Shown here: positions 49,301 to 57,785 of the stretch, piece after piece
Numbering within the stretch: the first letter of the stretch is position 1
How the letters are laid out: each line of letters starts with the position of its first letter
Origin: a virus
Lineage: Duplodnaviria; Caudoviricetes
IMG/VR virus record: IMGVR_UViG_3300028591_000103
Span: 32,001-96,000 of that record
Length of the DNA stretch: 64,000 nt
Strand: one strand, 5' to 3'
Notes under the pieces: model-generated
What the model saw: the letters and a program-made list of their open reading frames with translations, nothing else
The model's database searches: none
What the model was told of the DNA's origin: nothing
Made by a program: the position numbers and the translations under genes

Positions 49301-52300
49301 CGATTTTGTTGTTTGGAAACTGAGTCTAGCATAATCTTGGAATTTTATGTTAAAAATGGTATAGGTTCCATTATACGCGTAAGCAGATACCGTATTCGTG
49401 GTGGTATAGTCTAAAATGTACTTTGGTGTCGTAGCATTACTAGCGTGGAAAAAACCCACTTGTTTACCAGCATACAACATCCCATATGGGTCTATTATGG
49501 CTTTTGAATAAATCATATCACCCCACAACATATATCCTGGTTGACTGGTCAATGATGAATTCAAAAGGTATCCAGATTCTTTATAACCCTCTGGATAGTC
49601 ATTGTTACTTTCGATTATCCATCCACTTTTATTTTCTGCGAAAGTATTATGATTACCAGAATCATCACACACAACGATGTCTCTAATACGAATTTCAGGA
49701 GTATATAATGGAATAGCAGCTCGTGGTACCACAATTTGTATTTGTGCTTTAGAATTTAAAACACCAAATGAAACAGTAAAAGGATAGCAATTTGATAATG
49801 CTGTTACGGCAAACCATCCTAGAGTTGAATTGCTATTACCGATTACTCCAGCAATTGTGAGTGTGTCGCTAGTATATAGGGCTGCGGAGTAACCCCACAT
49901 GTCAACTTTGAATCCTACCTTGAAATAGTCGTCTGCTGATGTAATTGTAGATGTATCAATCGGCAGTGTTATTGTGATACAGCTAATTGGTACACTCTGG
50001 TCAAATCCGGAAAACGTACCGTCTTCCGGATATGAGACGAAACCATCTTTACCAACAGCATTACCAACAACTTCGGTTGAATGAACGGCTTTCCATTTGA
50101 AATTTGATGCTCCGATCTGACCCTTATTGTCAACAGATGGCCGGAAACGACCATCTGAATCAAACAATGCAGTCTTCACATTGGTCCAGTCTGTATGATT
50201 TGTTGTATTCAGACCATTGGCTCCTGATACAAAATAGATGGAACCATCTGATGTGATACACATCTGTTCGAGACCATAACTCCAAGCAGTTGTTCCATAA
50301 GGATTCTTGTCTGTTGACATAACAGCTGTGGTGAAGTTACTCGGTGATTCACCCGCTCCAATACAACAATAACCACCACCAGTGTGGTTAAACACCACAC
50401 CAATACCATTGACATCATAAGGGAGCATCGCGATAATGTTTCCATAACCACGAGTCGACGTTGAATATCTAAGGTATGCACCTTTATCATTTGCATCGTT
50501 GAAATCAAGTAATGCCTGTGTTGTTGAACTGCTTTTAAGTCTAATGCGTGGTGCAATGAAGTATGTTCCGTCCTGATTACCAATTAATGTCAATGATGCC
50601 GGTGAACAATAAGTATCATAATCATCCCAGATCAATTCTGCATTTTGTGAACTATCTGCATTTGTGAATCTGATTTTTGGATTGACACAACCATATTCTT
50701 TAGTAGCAGTAGTCCCACCATGCAACTCTAAGAATGAAGTGGATTTGGTATTGATTTTCAAACCTTCACTCATTGCGACCAATCCGGTTGAATTGTTAAT
50801 GCTGAATGGTCTCAGTGTACTCCAACTACCAGATTCTGCTTCACCGGAATTTGTTAATAAAATCCATGTGTTTGTACCATCGTTTCTGAACAATGCACCA
50901 TAATTTCCGTTGTAAACACGTAACTGTGTTGGAACTTTTATTTCTGCAGGGAATATCGCATTTTTGTCAACATCCCATGAATAAAGATGGTCATAACCCA
51001 TCATTGAATTTGCTGCAGCAAAAAGGCCATTTTTTCCAAATGCTTGAATATCGTGAATTTCAGAAGGTTTGTTGATATATGTTGCACTTGTATTCACAGC
51101 TGTTGTTCTGAATGTCAGACGAATCTTTGACACAGTTGTTTTCAATCGTAAGTTTGAAATGTTGACAACATTTCCACCACTCCAACCGTCGATTAGCGCA
51201 TTTTCTTTATCCATTATAAATGTGGATGGATCTGATGCATTCGCATATTCAATATCAAGTCTTGTCTGATGACCTTTTGTATTAAACCAGATGTACAATT
51301 TACAAATAAATGCATCACGATCCGTAAATGTTAATGTGATTCGTGTCTGCATCTGAGTTGTCCGATTGTCTGATGTATTTGGTCCGACTTTAATCGCGCC
51401 GGCTTGCCTCATTATAAAAAGAGAAGCTTTATCTGCTGCAGTATAACCTCCGTCATTCCATGTTGTACCACCATCTGTCGTATATTCAATTTGAATATTA
51501 TCACTTGTCATGAAAGCAAATTTATCCGCACGGTATGTATTGATGAACGGGGCTGAGATGATAGGTATACCTTCAGAAGTTCTGAAGGTGTCGTCTTTAT
51601 TCATTAACACATCACCTTCATAATGTGTATGACTGGGTAGATCTGATGAAGTTGCCGCAGATGAACCTGTGATGTGACCTTGAGCATCATATGCGAATTT
51701 CAATAATGATTCTGTAGTAACTGCAGTAACAGAATTTGAATGATTAAATGTCAAGCCGGACAATACCAATCCGGTTCCCGCGGTATATGCTGTATTAGTT
51801 GGAATAGCCCATGTTCCATCACCGCGAAGAAATGAAGTTTGTTTTCCAGCAGCCGGCGCCGGTACAAGACCTATTGAACCGGCGGTACTAGAAGTTGCAG
51901 CACCCATTGTTGTATTCGGAATGGTGACTGTTTTTGTATTTAATGTTGTGACATGACCATTTGCATCACGCGACACAGAATCAACAGCAGTAAACGTTCC
52001 ACCAAAAGCTGGAGAAGCTGTGGAAGTTGTATCTGTTGTAACAGGAATAACTGGGTGTTGTGTCAGAAATGTACTACCCAAAGTCAATGTCAATTTATTC
52101 GCATTAGCACCAGTGCCGTATGACGCTGATGTGACTGCATTTCCAGATCCAGTGACTTCAACTGTTGGAGCAGTCCATGCACTCCATGCATATAAATCAT
52201 ACCATTTGGCAATCTTACCAACAATGGTAGCTATGTTATCCAAGTTTGTTAATTCAGCTTTTGATGAGGCTTTTGTAAAAGCAACATCGAGTTGTACATC

Positions 52301-52318
52301 CGAAAACTCATATACCAT
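46307..52318 (-). CDS. Long tail fibre / receptor-binding protein
   Basis: 2003 aa, T/S/G/N-rich; GLVPAPAAG...FLRGDGTW, DAxGHV repeats and HTH metal-binding motifs. Confidence 0.85.
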   Translation of the reverse strand: MVYEFSDVQLDVAFTKASSKAELTNLDNIATIVGKIAKWYDLYAWSAWTAPTVEVTGSGNAVTSASYGTGANANKLTLTLGSTFLTQHPVIPVTTDTTSTASPAFGGTFTAVDSVSRDANGHVTTLNTKTVTIPNTTMGAATSSTAGSIGLVPAPAAGKQTSFLRGDGTWAIPTNTAYTAGTGLVLSGLTFNHSNSVTAVTTESLLKFAYDAQGHITGSSAATSSDLPSHTHYEGDVLMNKDDTFRTSEGIPIISAPFINTYRADKFAFMTSDNIQIEYTTDGGTTWNDGGYTAADKASLFIMRQAGAIKVGPNTSDNRTTQMQTRITLTFTDRDAFICKLYIWFNTKGHQTRLDIEYANASDPSTFIMDKENALIDGWSGGNVVNISNLRLKTTVSKIRLTFRTTAVNTSATYINKPSEIHDIQAFGKNGLFAAANSMMGYDHLYSWDVDKNAIFPAEIKVPTQLRVYNGNYGALFRNDGTNTWILLTNSGEAESGSWSTLRPFSINNSTGLVAMSEGLKINTKSTSFLELHGGTTATKEYGCVNPKIRFTNADSSQNAELIWDDYDTYCSPASLTLIGNQDGTYFIAPRIRLKSSSTTQALLDFNDANDKGAYLRYSTSTRGYGNIIAMLPYDVNGIGVVFNHTGGGYCCIGAGESPSNFTTAVMSTDKNPYGTTAWSYGLEQMCITSDGSIYFVSGANGLNTTNHTDWTNVKTALFDSDGRFRPSVDNKGQIGASNFKWKAVHSTEVVGNAVGKDGFVSYPEDGTFSGFDQSVPISCITITLPIDTSTITSADDYFKVGFKVDMWGYSAALYTSDTLTIAGVIGNSNSTLGWFAVTALSNCYPFTVSFGVLNSKAQIQIVVPRAAIPLYTPEIRIRDIVVCDDSGNHNTFAENKSGWIIESNNDYPEGYKESGYLLNSSLTSQPGYMLWGDMIYSKAIIDPYGMLYAGKQVGFFHASNATTPKYILDYTTTNTVSAYAYNGTYTIFNIKFQDYARLSFQTTKSGKAHTAPGIVMYPLATSGMTALFSCDGNMVIGGGEFATNAYARKNSSNTTQVGYDNIVTTETEKLYLGADTEVQIISNAGSIATYNNNNHRVWKFQTDGTLLTPGAITDELSAQHTMIQQNLRSDSNAVTLVEWNVNGATSTTYKPGITFHNTGGDSTDKGAIILRPYHHNNAPWGTDVGLYIGKGILKLDGTNVSLEGHTHETLTCKSVDATTVNNTAGCFFFKGVNLLGNINDWVGIQADAGNDKFQLMPNGGGSLMYRQNDTGGTNSSNWSTWNGILTASSVTTDSYLSVAATTTTVGSGTAAFTYNSGVKISHKAYTSKTSGLYKITVDAAGHVSATASVAKGDIPALDYVPNTNAGVNAAINLLTTGSSVPSDADYYISQYANGGTSTTTYHRRPVSALYSYIQNKLQHNIGLNMAHVFSGWNTVGWHRVLSFPCSASASGRIVRTIELTCIRNYNNGQPEVFSVRMIGLYNATEGFEILYSKSNSAATQYIPKIRMTKSSDGNTLYVDFYYNTTNNNGMTVYCTWLDPDITVRGTYNITWGNGAVVDDSLTVVSSLDIPRDITAPGTGFYYVIGTQTASTAAWTGTIPASKLHNGLTIAYYLPYASAASTNVTLNLTLSTGATTGAINCYWNGTTRLTTHYPAGSTIILTYFEAGAIKVSGTATTDARWTHSDYNTNTNTYVTQSISSTTDFRALMLGYNNSTTPSDLTTTVTQQVYASANLYAQPSTGLIGCNGRKLITPFAIQTGSSKRQKITLQTLMNWLMTTKKYIHSGIYEHVVLQTTWSYSDNDILRLAVNGINYEMDLAGVRIEYIGVATSYNAGAFTLKIISNPAPNFTATSGYTKFPPSTIAFYTCNGSSYYPVWRMIMNGACGQPKIFESTDNLSVLPMPIEVTGLFTNWKVLLAQCTRLIYGGGDECSSFQAIIPLEYLKSLGTSGEMHIPLPFTVENNPTGRNYMKLIYVNDNKFTIGYYNSGIDTIGGRGLWTIYGLY

Positions 52319-52342
52319 GGATGTGTCACTCCTTTCAAAAGA

Positions 52343-52355
52343 TTACCGAGTCGTT
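52343..52355 (-). promoter_or_regulatory. Candidate late promoter AAC-N7-TAA (AACGACTCGGTAA)
   Basis: Between the hairpin and the RBS of the long fibre gene. Confidence 0.55.
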
Positions 52356-52381
52356 TTCCACATATGTAATTAAGTAATATA

Positions 52382-52402
52382 GGGAGGGGCAATGCCCCTC
52401 CC
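52382..52402. terminator. Hairpin GGGAGGGGC-AAT-GCCCCTCCC
   Basis: 9-bp stem after the 52410..53876 stop. Confidence 0.7.
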
Positions 52403-52409
52403 ACAATTA

Positions 52410-53876
52410 TTACGATGGTAAAACAGAAGGATTTTGTGTACAATGGAGAATCAGAATATCACTTGACTGGATGCCTGTGTCCAGATCTCCAACAAGTTCG
52501 TAGTTGGTTCCGTCATATATGAATTCGTATACACGCCCAGAAGCCAATACTCCTGGGTCAGGCAGATTAGCACCGCGATATTTAATTGGAGCGCCACCCG
52601 TTGCGTTGACATTCAATTGCAGAGATGCAACCGCGCCGGTATTTGTTGCGGAGAATTTCACAATGATTCTGGAACCAGCAACTTTTGTAAAGCTGGTACA
52701 TGCAACTTCTTTTACGGGTGTTGCTGCAGCTGTTGAACATGTTCCGAAGTGAGTGATCGCTGCAGAACCATCAAATGTTACACCATCAATTGCACGACCG
52801 GTTGTCAATGCTGCAGCAGATGCGACAGATTTACTTGCATCAGCTGTGTTATCAACATTACCAAGACCCACATCGGCTTTTGTTACGTTATGCGGGTTTC
52901 CGGATGTAACCAATGAGTGTTGATATGCTGCTTCACCATAGTCACCATAGTATGCATTCGAATGAGATGTTCCTAATGCGAGATCACCTTTGATCTGTGT
53001 GTATTGTGTTCCAGACCAACGATATGTTGTATCGGAATCTTTGTCAACATAGATCTTTCCTTCTTCAGGAGTGACTGCTGTTGCGGATATGTATTGTGAA
53101 TTATCCGCATCCCATACATATGCAACATATGGTGATGTGGTTTTATCAAGATACAATGTATCTGCCGCAGGAGTAATCTCTGTTGTATGTTCAGAATCCT
53201 CATAGAACTTTCCGGATGTGGAATCATAGTAACCTTCAACTTTATTGGATTCTGTATAGAATGATGTATTGTTCTTATAACCTTCAATGACATCATCTAC
53301 ATATGACGGAAGTTGCGATGATGGAACTTTTCCGGTAGCATCCAATACAGCAACATTGTGGATATTGATTGTTTGCCAAGCCCCACCATCTTCTTGGACT
53401 TGGAATGCACCAGCAGTAGAACCTTCACGGAATGCATATGTGGATCCACCACTACCTCCACCAATCAACTCGGAGAATCCGTTTGTAGAATCCCAACGAT
53501 AAATGATGTCGGTCGTCGTATCGACATAGATCTTTCCGGTTGCTCCGGGAATTTCTGTTGTCTTAGTGGAATCCGTATAGAACTTACCTGTGTTTTCATC
53601 ATAATAACCTTCAGTGACGTTATCAAATGATGCAGGAATTGCATCTGGATTAATTTTAAATGTATGCGGTGTAACGGATGTATCGTATATGATACATTGT
53701 TGATACCAAGAATAAATCTTGGCAAGTTCAACAGCCATATTCGTTTTTCCGGATGGATCCAGATTCGATAATAAATCGACTGCATTACCATCAAGATCAA
53801 CTCGTTTGGTTGCGTCGTTCAAAACATTCAAGAACGCGAAGAATACTTGAATGTCATTCAATACCGAAGCAGGCAT
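52410..53876 (-). CDS. Fibre/appendage protein
   Basis: LDATGKVPSSQLPSYVDDVIEG, GKIYVD...YRW repeats and NPHNVTKADVGLGNVDNT are typical fibre motifs. Confidence 0.8.
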   Translation of the reverse strand: MPASVLNDIQVFFAFLNVLNDATKRVDLDGNAVDLLSNLDPSGKTNMAVELAKIYSWYQQCIIYDTSVTPHTFKINPDAIPASFDNVTEGYYDENTGKFYTDSTKTTEIPGATGKIYVDTTTDIIYRWDSTNGFSELIGGGSGGSTYAFREGSTAGAFQVQEDGGAWQTINIHNVAVLDATGKVPSSQLPSYVDDVIEGYKNNTSFYTESNKVEGYYDSTSGKFYEDSEHTTEITPAADTLYLDKTTSPYVAYVWDADNSQYISATAVTPEEGKIYVDKDSDTTYRWSGTQYTQIKGDLALGTSHSNAYYGDYGEAAYQHSLVTSGNPHNVTKADVGLGNVDNTADASKSVASAAALTTGRAIDGVTFDGSAAITHFGTCSTAAATPVKEVACTSFTKVAGSRIIVKFSATNTGAVASLQLNVNATGGAPIKYRGANLPDPGVLASGRVYEFIYDGTNYELVGDLDTGIQSSDILILHCTQNPSVLPS

Positions 53877-53896
53877 TTATAGTCCCTCCTTTAAAT

Positions 53897-56599
53897 TTAA
53901 GACGATGGATTTTGTGTACAATGTAATTCCAATTGGTTTAATGATAACACACCTTGTTGTGTAATATTCAAACCATTACCAACAATGACACCACCAATTG
54001 CTTGGGTGGTTGCTGGAGTCACATTAATCGTTTTTGTCGTTGGTCCAGTTCCGGTGATGTATTGCATTTCATCAAATTTTGATAATGTAACAACATCGCC
54101 GTATCCGTATTGTGTATTATTAATACGAACCGTAATATCCAATGATGATTTTCCGGCCGGCATTGTGTATTCATAATCGCAATCAGTATCCCAATCATTC
54201 GGATCTGAACTCTGTCCAAAATGCAATCCACCAGTTGTTGCAGTATCATTTTCATATCCATATAGATACCAATATATCGTATCATTTGGATCTGCTGGTG
54301 TGAGTTTTATTTTGAACTGTGTGCCTGGTTCAATGTGCAAGTATCTGAGTTTGAATGTTCTGGAATCAGATGTCGGTGAACGCCGACCATCATACATGTC
54401 AGCATAATTTCCCCAGTTAGCACTAGAAAGATCTGTGACTATTTGACCACCGGTGACAATTGATATACCATCACCTGCGAGATACTCTTTCGATTCACCA
54501 CCAGAAGCAGAAATAACACCGTTTTCATCAATACTGATACCATCGCCAATGATAACACCACCGAGATCATTTGCAGATGCGATTGGAAGTGTGTATTCTT
54601 GAGGGAGTGTTATTGTTGTATCGCCGGATTCTTTCGACACAACTAGATTTCCAGATGCATTTTTTGTTACATCCAAAACACCGGTGTTCACAATGTATTT
54701 GGAAGTATCATCCGAATATATGTAATTCAGAATTGCAGCGACAGTATCGGTCGCGGAAGTTTCCTCGGATTCGAAATATGGAACAACCTCGTTGACATCA
54801 CCAACAGGATCGATATCGCCCAGTGATATCATGTAACCATTACCATACCACGTGGTTCCATCAATTGTGACGGAGACCGCATCAGCTGTTGATGATCTTC
54901 CGCTGAAATGATCACTATCTAAGAAATTACACAATGTATCATTGATATTCTTGGATATGACATAAACCGTATACCAGTAATAGGGCAACCCGCTAGTATT
55001 TTTCACTCTGGATATTACAACATATGCAGGATTGGTTGTTGTTCTCGTGTAAGTTCTACGTCGTCCAGGACAATCCAAAATCGCCGAGGTTTGTGTATCA
55101 CTGTAATATGGATGAGTTGTATCATATATCGATGGATCTCCACTAGAAGCTGTTTCTATTGAAATACCTGCTCCGGCCTTATATACAATACTTCCATCAG
55201 CAGATAATATACCATCTTGATCGATGGATAGTCCATCACCAACTTTGATACCTCCTAATGTGGATGCTGATGCTGTTGGTAATGAATAAGGTGTAACAGA
55301 AATCGTACCATCGGCAGCAACAGTTACACCATTACCAATGATAACACCACCAAGTGTCAATGTTGTCGCAGGTGGTAGTTGATAACTGGAAGGAACTGTT
55401 TTCCAAGTTCCATCAGCGGCGAGATACTTTCCATCATCTGTTGTCTCTGGAGCTGGAACCAAACCATGTGTTCCAGCAGTAGATCCATCTGTACCAACAA
55501 AATCCGAATAATTTTGCAATCCAGCAAGCTTTGTTTGTTCCTCAATTGTATATGAAGCAGTGGTATTGTCCAGGACGGATTTGTTGGAATGTGTATGAGC
55601 CGATGCTTGTAATGCCGTGATATCTTGTTTTACAGATGTATCATCATATGGTGTGACAGAGATTGTTCCATCTTGTGTAACATTGACACCAGAACCAATC
55701 TTAACTCCACCAAGCGTATCCTCAGTCGCAGGTTCAATACCTCCAGCTGCAACAGATTTCCAAGTACCATCAGAAGACAAATATTTATTCGCATCTGTAG
55801 ACTGAGGTGCAGGAACCAAACCATGTGTACCATCCTCAGTACCGTCAGTACCAACGAAATCAGAATAGTTTTCTAATTCTGCTAACTTGGTTTTTTCTTC
55901 TCTAGTAAACGCTGCGGTTGTGTCATCGAGGATCTCTTTATTGACATGCACATGTGCTTTTTCTTCCAAACTGGAAACACGGCGTTGAATGGGTGCATCA
56001 TCATAATTATGAAGCGTTGTTAATTTAGACTTCTCTTCTAATGTATAAGATGCTGTCGTATTATCCAGAACAGTTTTATTTTTATGCGTATGCGCTTGAG
56101 CCTCTAACCGATCCAATCTTGGATTGACTTCACTTTTCTTTGCATAACCAGACAAATCAACCTCGGTCCAACCACCACCGACAAGAACCCATTTCTTACC
56201 ATTCCAGATATATTCGATCGGGTCTTCCAGACCTTGGTTTGGATTCTTGACAAATCGCAAATCTCCTAAACGATTTCCTGTTTTTGGTAATGTATTTCTA
56301 CTCTCATAAACAGTCGTCGAAGCGATCGACATATAATTCAGATTGGCAATGATATGATCGACTTCTTGTTTTGTATAATAATTGGATAATTCTGCATCTC
56401 CATCTATGTATGGAAGTTGGTGATAGTATTTATCACCTTCACCAACTTTCAATCGGGTATGATTCTTTGGTGTTATTTCAACACAAAGAACCCCTCTTGG
56501 GATTGGATAATTCGCGATTGCAGAATCATCCCATTCTCGAGATGTTCGAACGATATGATCATTGCTTGCAAAGAAATTATCAGTTTGATTAAATGCCAA
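53897..56599 (-). CDS. Fibre protein with Mtd/hyaluronidase-like N-terminus and A(S/T)xxxLGGV repeats
   Basis: RLKVGEG...LPYI N-terminal motif; three AHxHxNKx(V/I)LDxTTA repeats; five A(S/T)xxx(L/I)GG(V/I)x(I/V)G repeats; TTG start with AAAGGAGG RBS. Confidence 0.8.
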   Translation of the reverse strand: MAFNQTDNFFASNDHIVRTSREWDDSAIANYPIPRGVLCVEITPKNHTRLKVGEGDKYYHQLPYIDGDAELSNYYTKQEVDHIIANLNYMSIASTTVYESRNTLPKTGNRLGDLRFVKNPNQGLEDPIEYIWNGKKWVLVGGGWTEVDLSGYAKKSEVNPRLDRLEAQAHTHKNKTVLDNTTASYTLEEKSKLTTLHNYDDAPIQRRVSSLEEKAHVHVNKEILDDTTAAFTREEKTKLAELENYSDFVGTDGTEDGTHGLVPAPQSTDANKYLSSDGTWKSVAAGGIEPATEDTLGGVKIGSGVNVTQDGTISVTPYDDTSVKQDITALQASAHTHSNKSVLDNTTASYTIEEQTKLAGLQNYSDFVGTDGSTAGTHGLVPAPETTDDGKYLAADGTWKTVPSSYQLPPATTLTLGGVIIGNGVTVAADGTISVTPYSLPTASASTLGGIKVGDGLSIDQDGILSADGSIVYKAGAGISIETASSGDPSIYDTTHPYYSDTQTSAILDCPGRRRTYTRTTTNPAYVVISRVKNTSGLPYYWYTVYVISKNINDTLCNFLDSDHFSGRSSTADAVSVTIDGTTWYGNGYMISLGDIDPVGDVNEVVPYFESEETSATDTVAAILNYIYSDDTSKYIVNTGVLDVTKNASGNLVVSKESGDTTITLPQEYTLPIASANDLGGVIIGDGISIDENGVISASGGESKEYLAGDGISIVTGGQIVTDLSSANWGNYADMYDGRRSPTSDSRTFKLRYLHIEPGTQFKIKLTPADPNDTIYWYLYGYENDTATTGGLHFGQSSDPNDWDTDCDYEYTMPAGKSSLDITVRINNTQYGYGDVVTLSKFDEMQYITGTGPTTKTINVTPATTQAIGGVIVGNGLNITQQGVLSLNQLELHCTQNPSS

Positions 56600-56624
56600 T
56601 TCAAGTTCCTCCTTTCTACAGGAT

Positions 56625-56637
56625 TTAATGAAGCGTT
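56625..56637 (-). promoter_or_regulatory. Candidate late promoter AAC-N7-TAA (AACGCTTCATTAA)
   Basis: Between the hairpin and the RBS of the fibre gene. Confidence 0.55.
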
Positions 56638-56642
56638 TTTAT

Positions 56643-56670
56643 GATATGCGGGGGATATCCCCCGCATATC
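56643..56670. terminator. Palindrome GATATGCGGGGG-ATAT-CCCCCGCATATC
   Basis: The core GCGGGGGATATCCCCCGC is identical to that at 10041..10068. Confidence 0.75.
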
Positions 56671-56677
56671 TCTATCG

Positions 56678-57412
56678 TCATTCTTCTGGATCGGAGTCTT
56701 GTAACAGGAAAAATCCGTCTGTATAATAGTCGATTCCATTCAGAGTTGCGATGCCATCAAATCCCGCCAATTGTGAGAATGGCATCCAGTAAAAACCGAC
56801 AGTTGTATTTATGCCACTGGTGCCTTTGTTTGTTGGAAGCGGTACGAATGTGGTGTAATCTTTGTCGAATTTCGTGATACTCAGATCCATCTCATTCAAG
56901 GGTGCTTCTACATCACCATATGCGACAGTTATAAAGTTTCTCCACTTCATATTAGTTCCTGATGTATTTCCGTTATTTCTGCATGAGATTGCGGTTTCTC
57001 CATTTTTTGCCTTTGAGAATATCATATACTGTCTCTGCAACTTCTGGACAAATGGCGAATTTGATGACGTCAGTTCCAATATGACACCATATTTACAAAT
57101 GTATGCGCCATATATCCAGTGCGCTATATAACCAAGTGATGAAGAACCGCCACCAAACGACCAATACTCTGTTGGACTTCTATACAGATAAACCGTCAGA
57201 AATGAACTTGAATCAGTGTTACCCTCGAACTTAACCAATGGCTTATCACCGTTATAAATCGTCATAATACCATTGTTAGGATTTTGAGTCGAACTCTCTA
57301 ATTCAATTCTGTCAAATACATCGATCAATCCATTTTGAATGTATTCGTTAAGTTTGTCCGCAGCAGGTTTGTATCCGGTTGCCGCAGCGACCGAAAATTT
57401 TTCGTAATACAT
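56678..57412 (-). CDS. Putative virion appendage protein
   Basis: 244 aa, beta-rich, GAAAGGAG RBS, within the fibre module. Confidence 0.6.
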   Translation of the reverse strand: MYYEKFSVAAATGYKPAADKLNEYIQNGLIDVFDRIELESSTQNPNNGIMTIYNGDKPLVKFEGNTDSSSFLTVYLYRSPTEYWSFGGGSSSLGYIAHWIYGAYICKYGVILELTSSNSPFVQKLQRQYMIFSKAKNGETAISCRNNGNTSGTNMKWRNFITVAYGDVEAPLNEMDLSITKFDKDYTTFVPLPTNKGTSGINTTVGFYWMPFSQLAGFDGIATLNGIDYYTDGFFLLQDSDPEE

Positions 57413-57415
57413 AAA

Positions 57416-57757
57416 TTAACTCCTTTCGATTGTTGTGACAACAGTACCAGGAACGGCGGTGATTTTCGGTTTTGCAAAACCATACCATTTCGTATCTGTT
57501 GATGGAGAAGGACCCGGCCCAGGACCGGGTCCTGGTTTCTTTTCAGGGAAGTAATCGTAATAGGTTCTACCATTCACGATTTTTCCTGTGTAGCTGTCGG
57601 TGATGAAATATTTCGGGATCTGGATTAATTTGCGGGTTTGATCACTATCAGCTTCATATCCAATTACAGGATTCGGTAAATTCACGATAGCAATATTGAC
57701 TGGATTGTCAGGAGAAACACTGCGATCAACAATGTTGATCGCGATTTTATCTGCCAT
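57416..57757 (-). CDS. Small protein: shared N-terminal adaptor domain + (PG)n linker + short tail
   Basis: First ~72 aa are paralogous to the N-terminus of 57786..59798. Confidence 0.7.
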   Translation of the reverse strand: MADKIAINIVDRSVSPDNPVNIAIVNLPNPVIGYEADSDQTRKLIQIPKYFITDSYTGKIVNGRTYYDYFPEKKPGPGPGPGPSPSTDTKWYGFAKPKITAVPGTVVTTIERS

Positions 57758-57785
57758 GAAAATTCACCTCCATTTCATAAAAATT

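Noticed and set aside
57410-57420. Possible readthrough fusing 57416..57757 to 56678..57412 (TAA TTT ATG in frame)
   Set aside because: The downstream gene has its own strong RBS, TAA is an efficient stop, and in-frame spacing occurs one time in three by chance.
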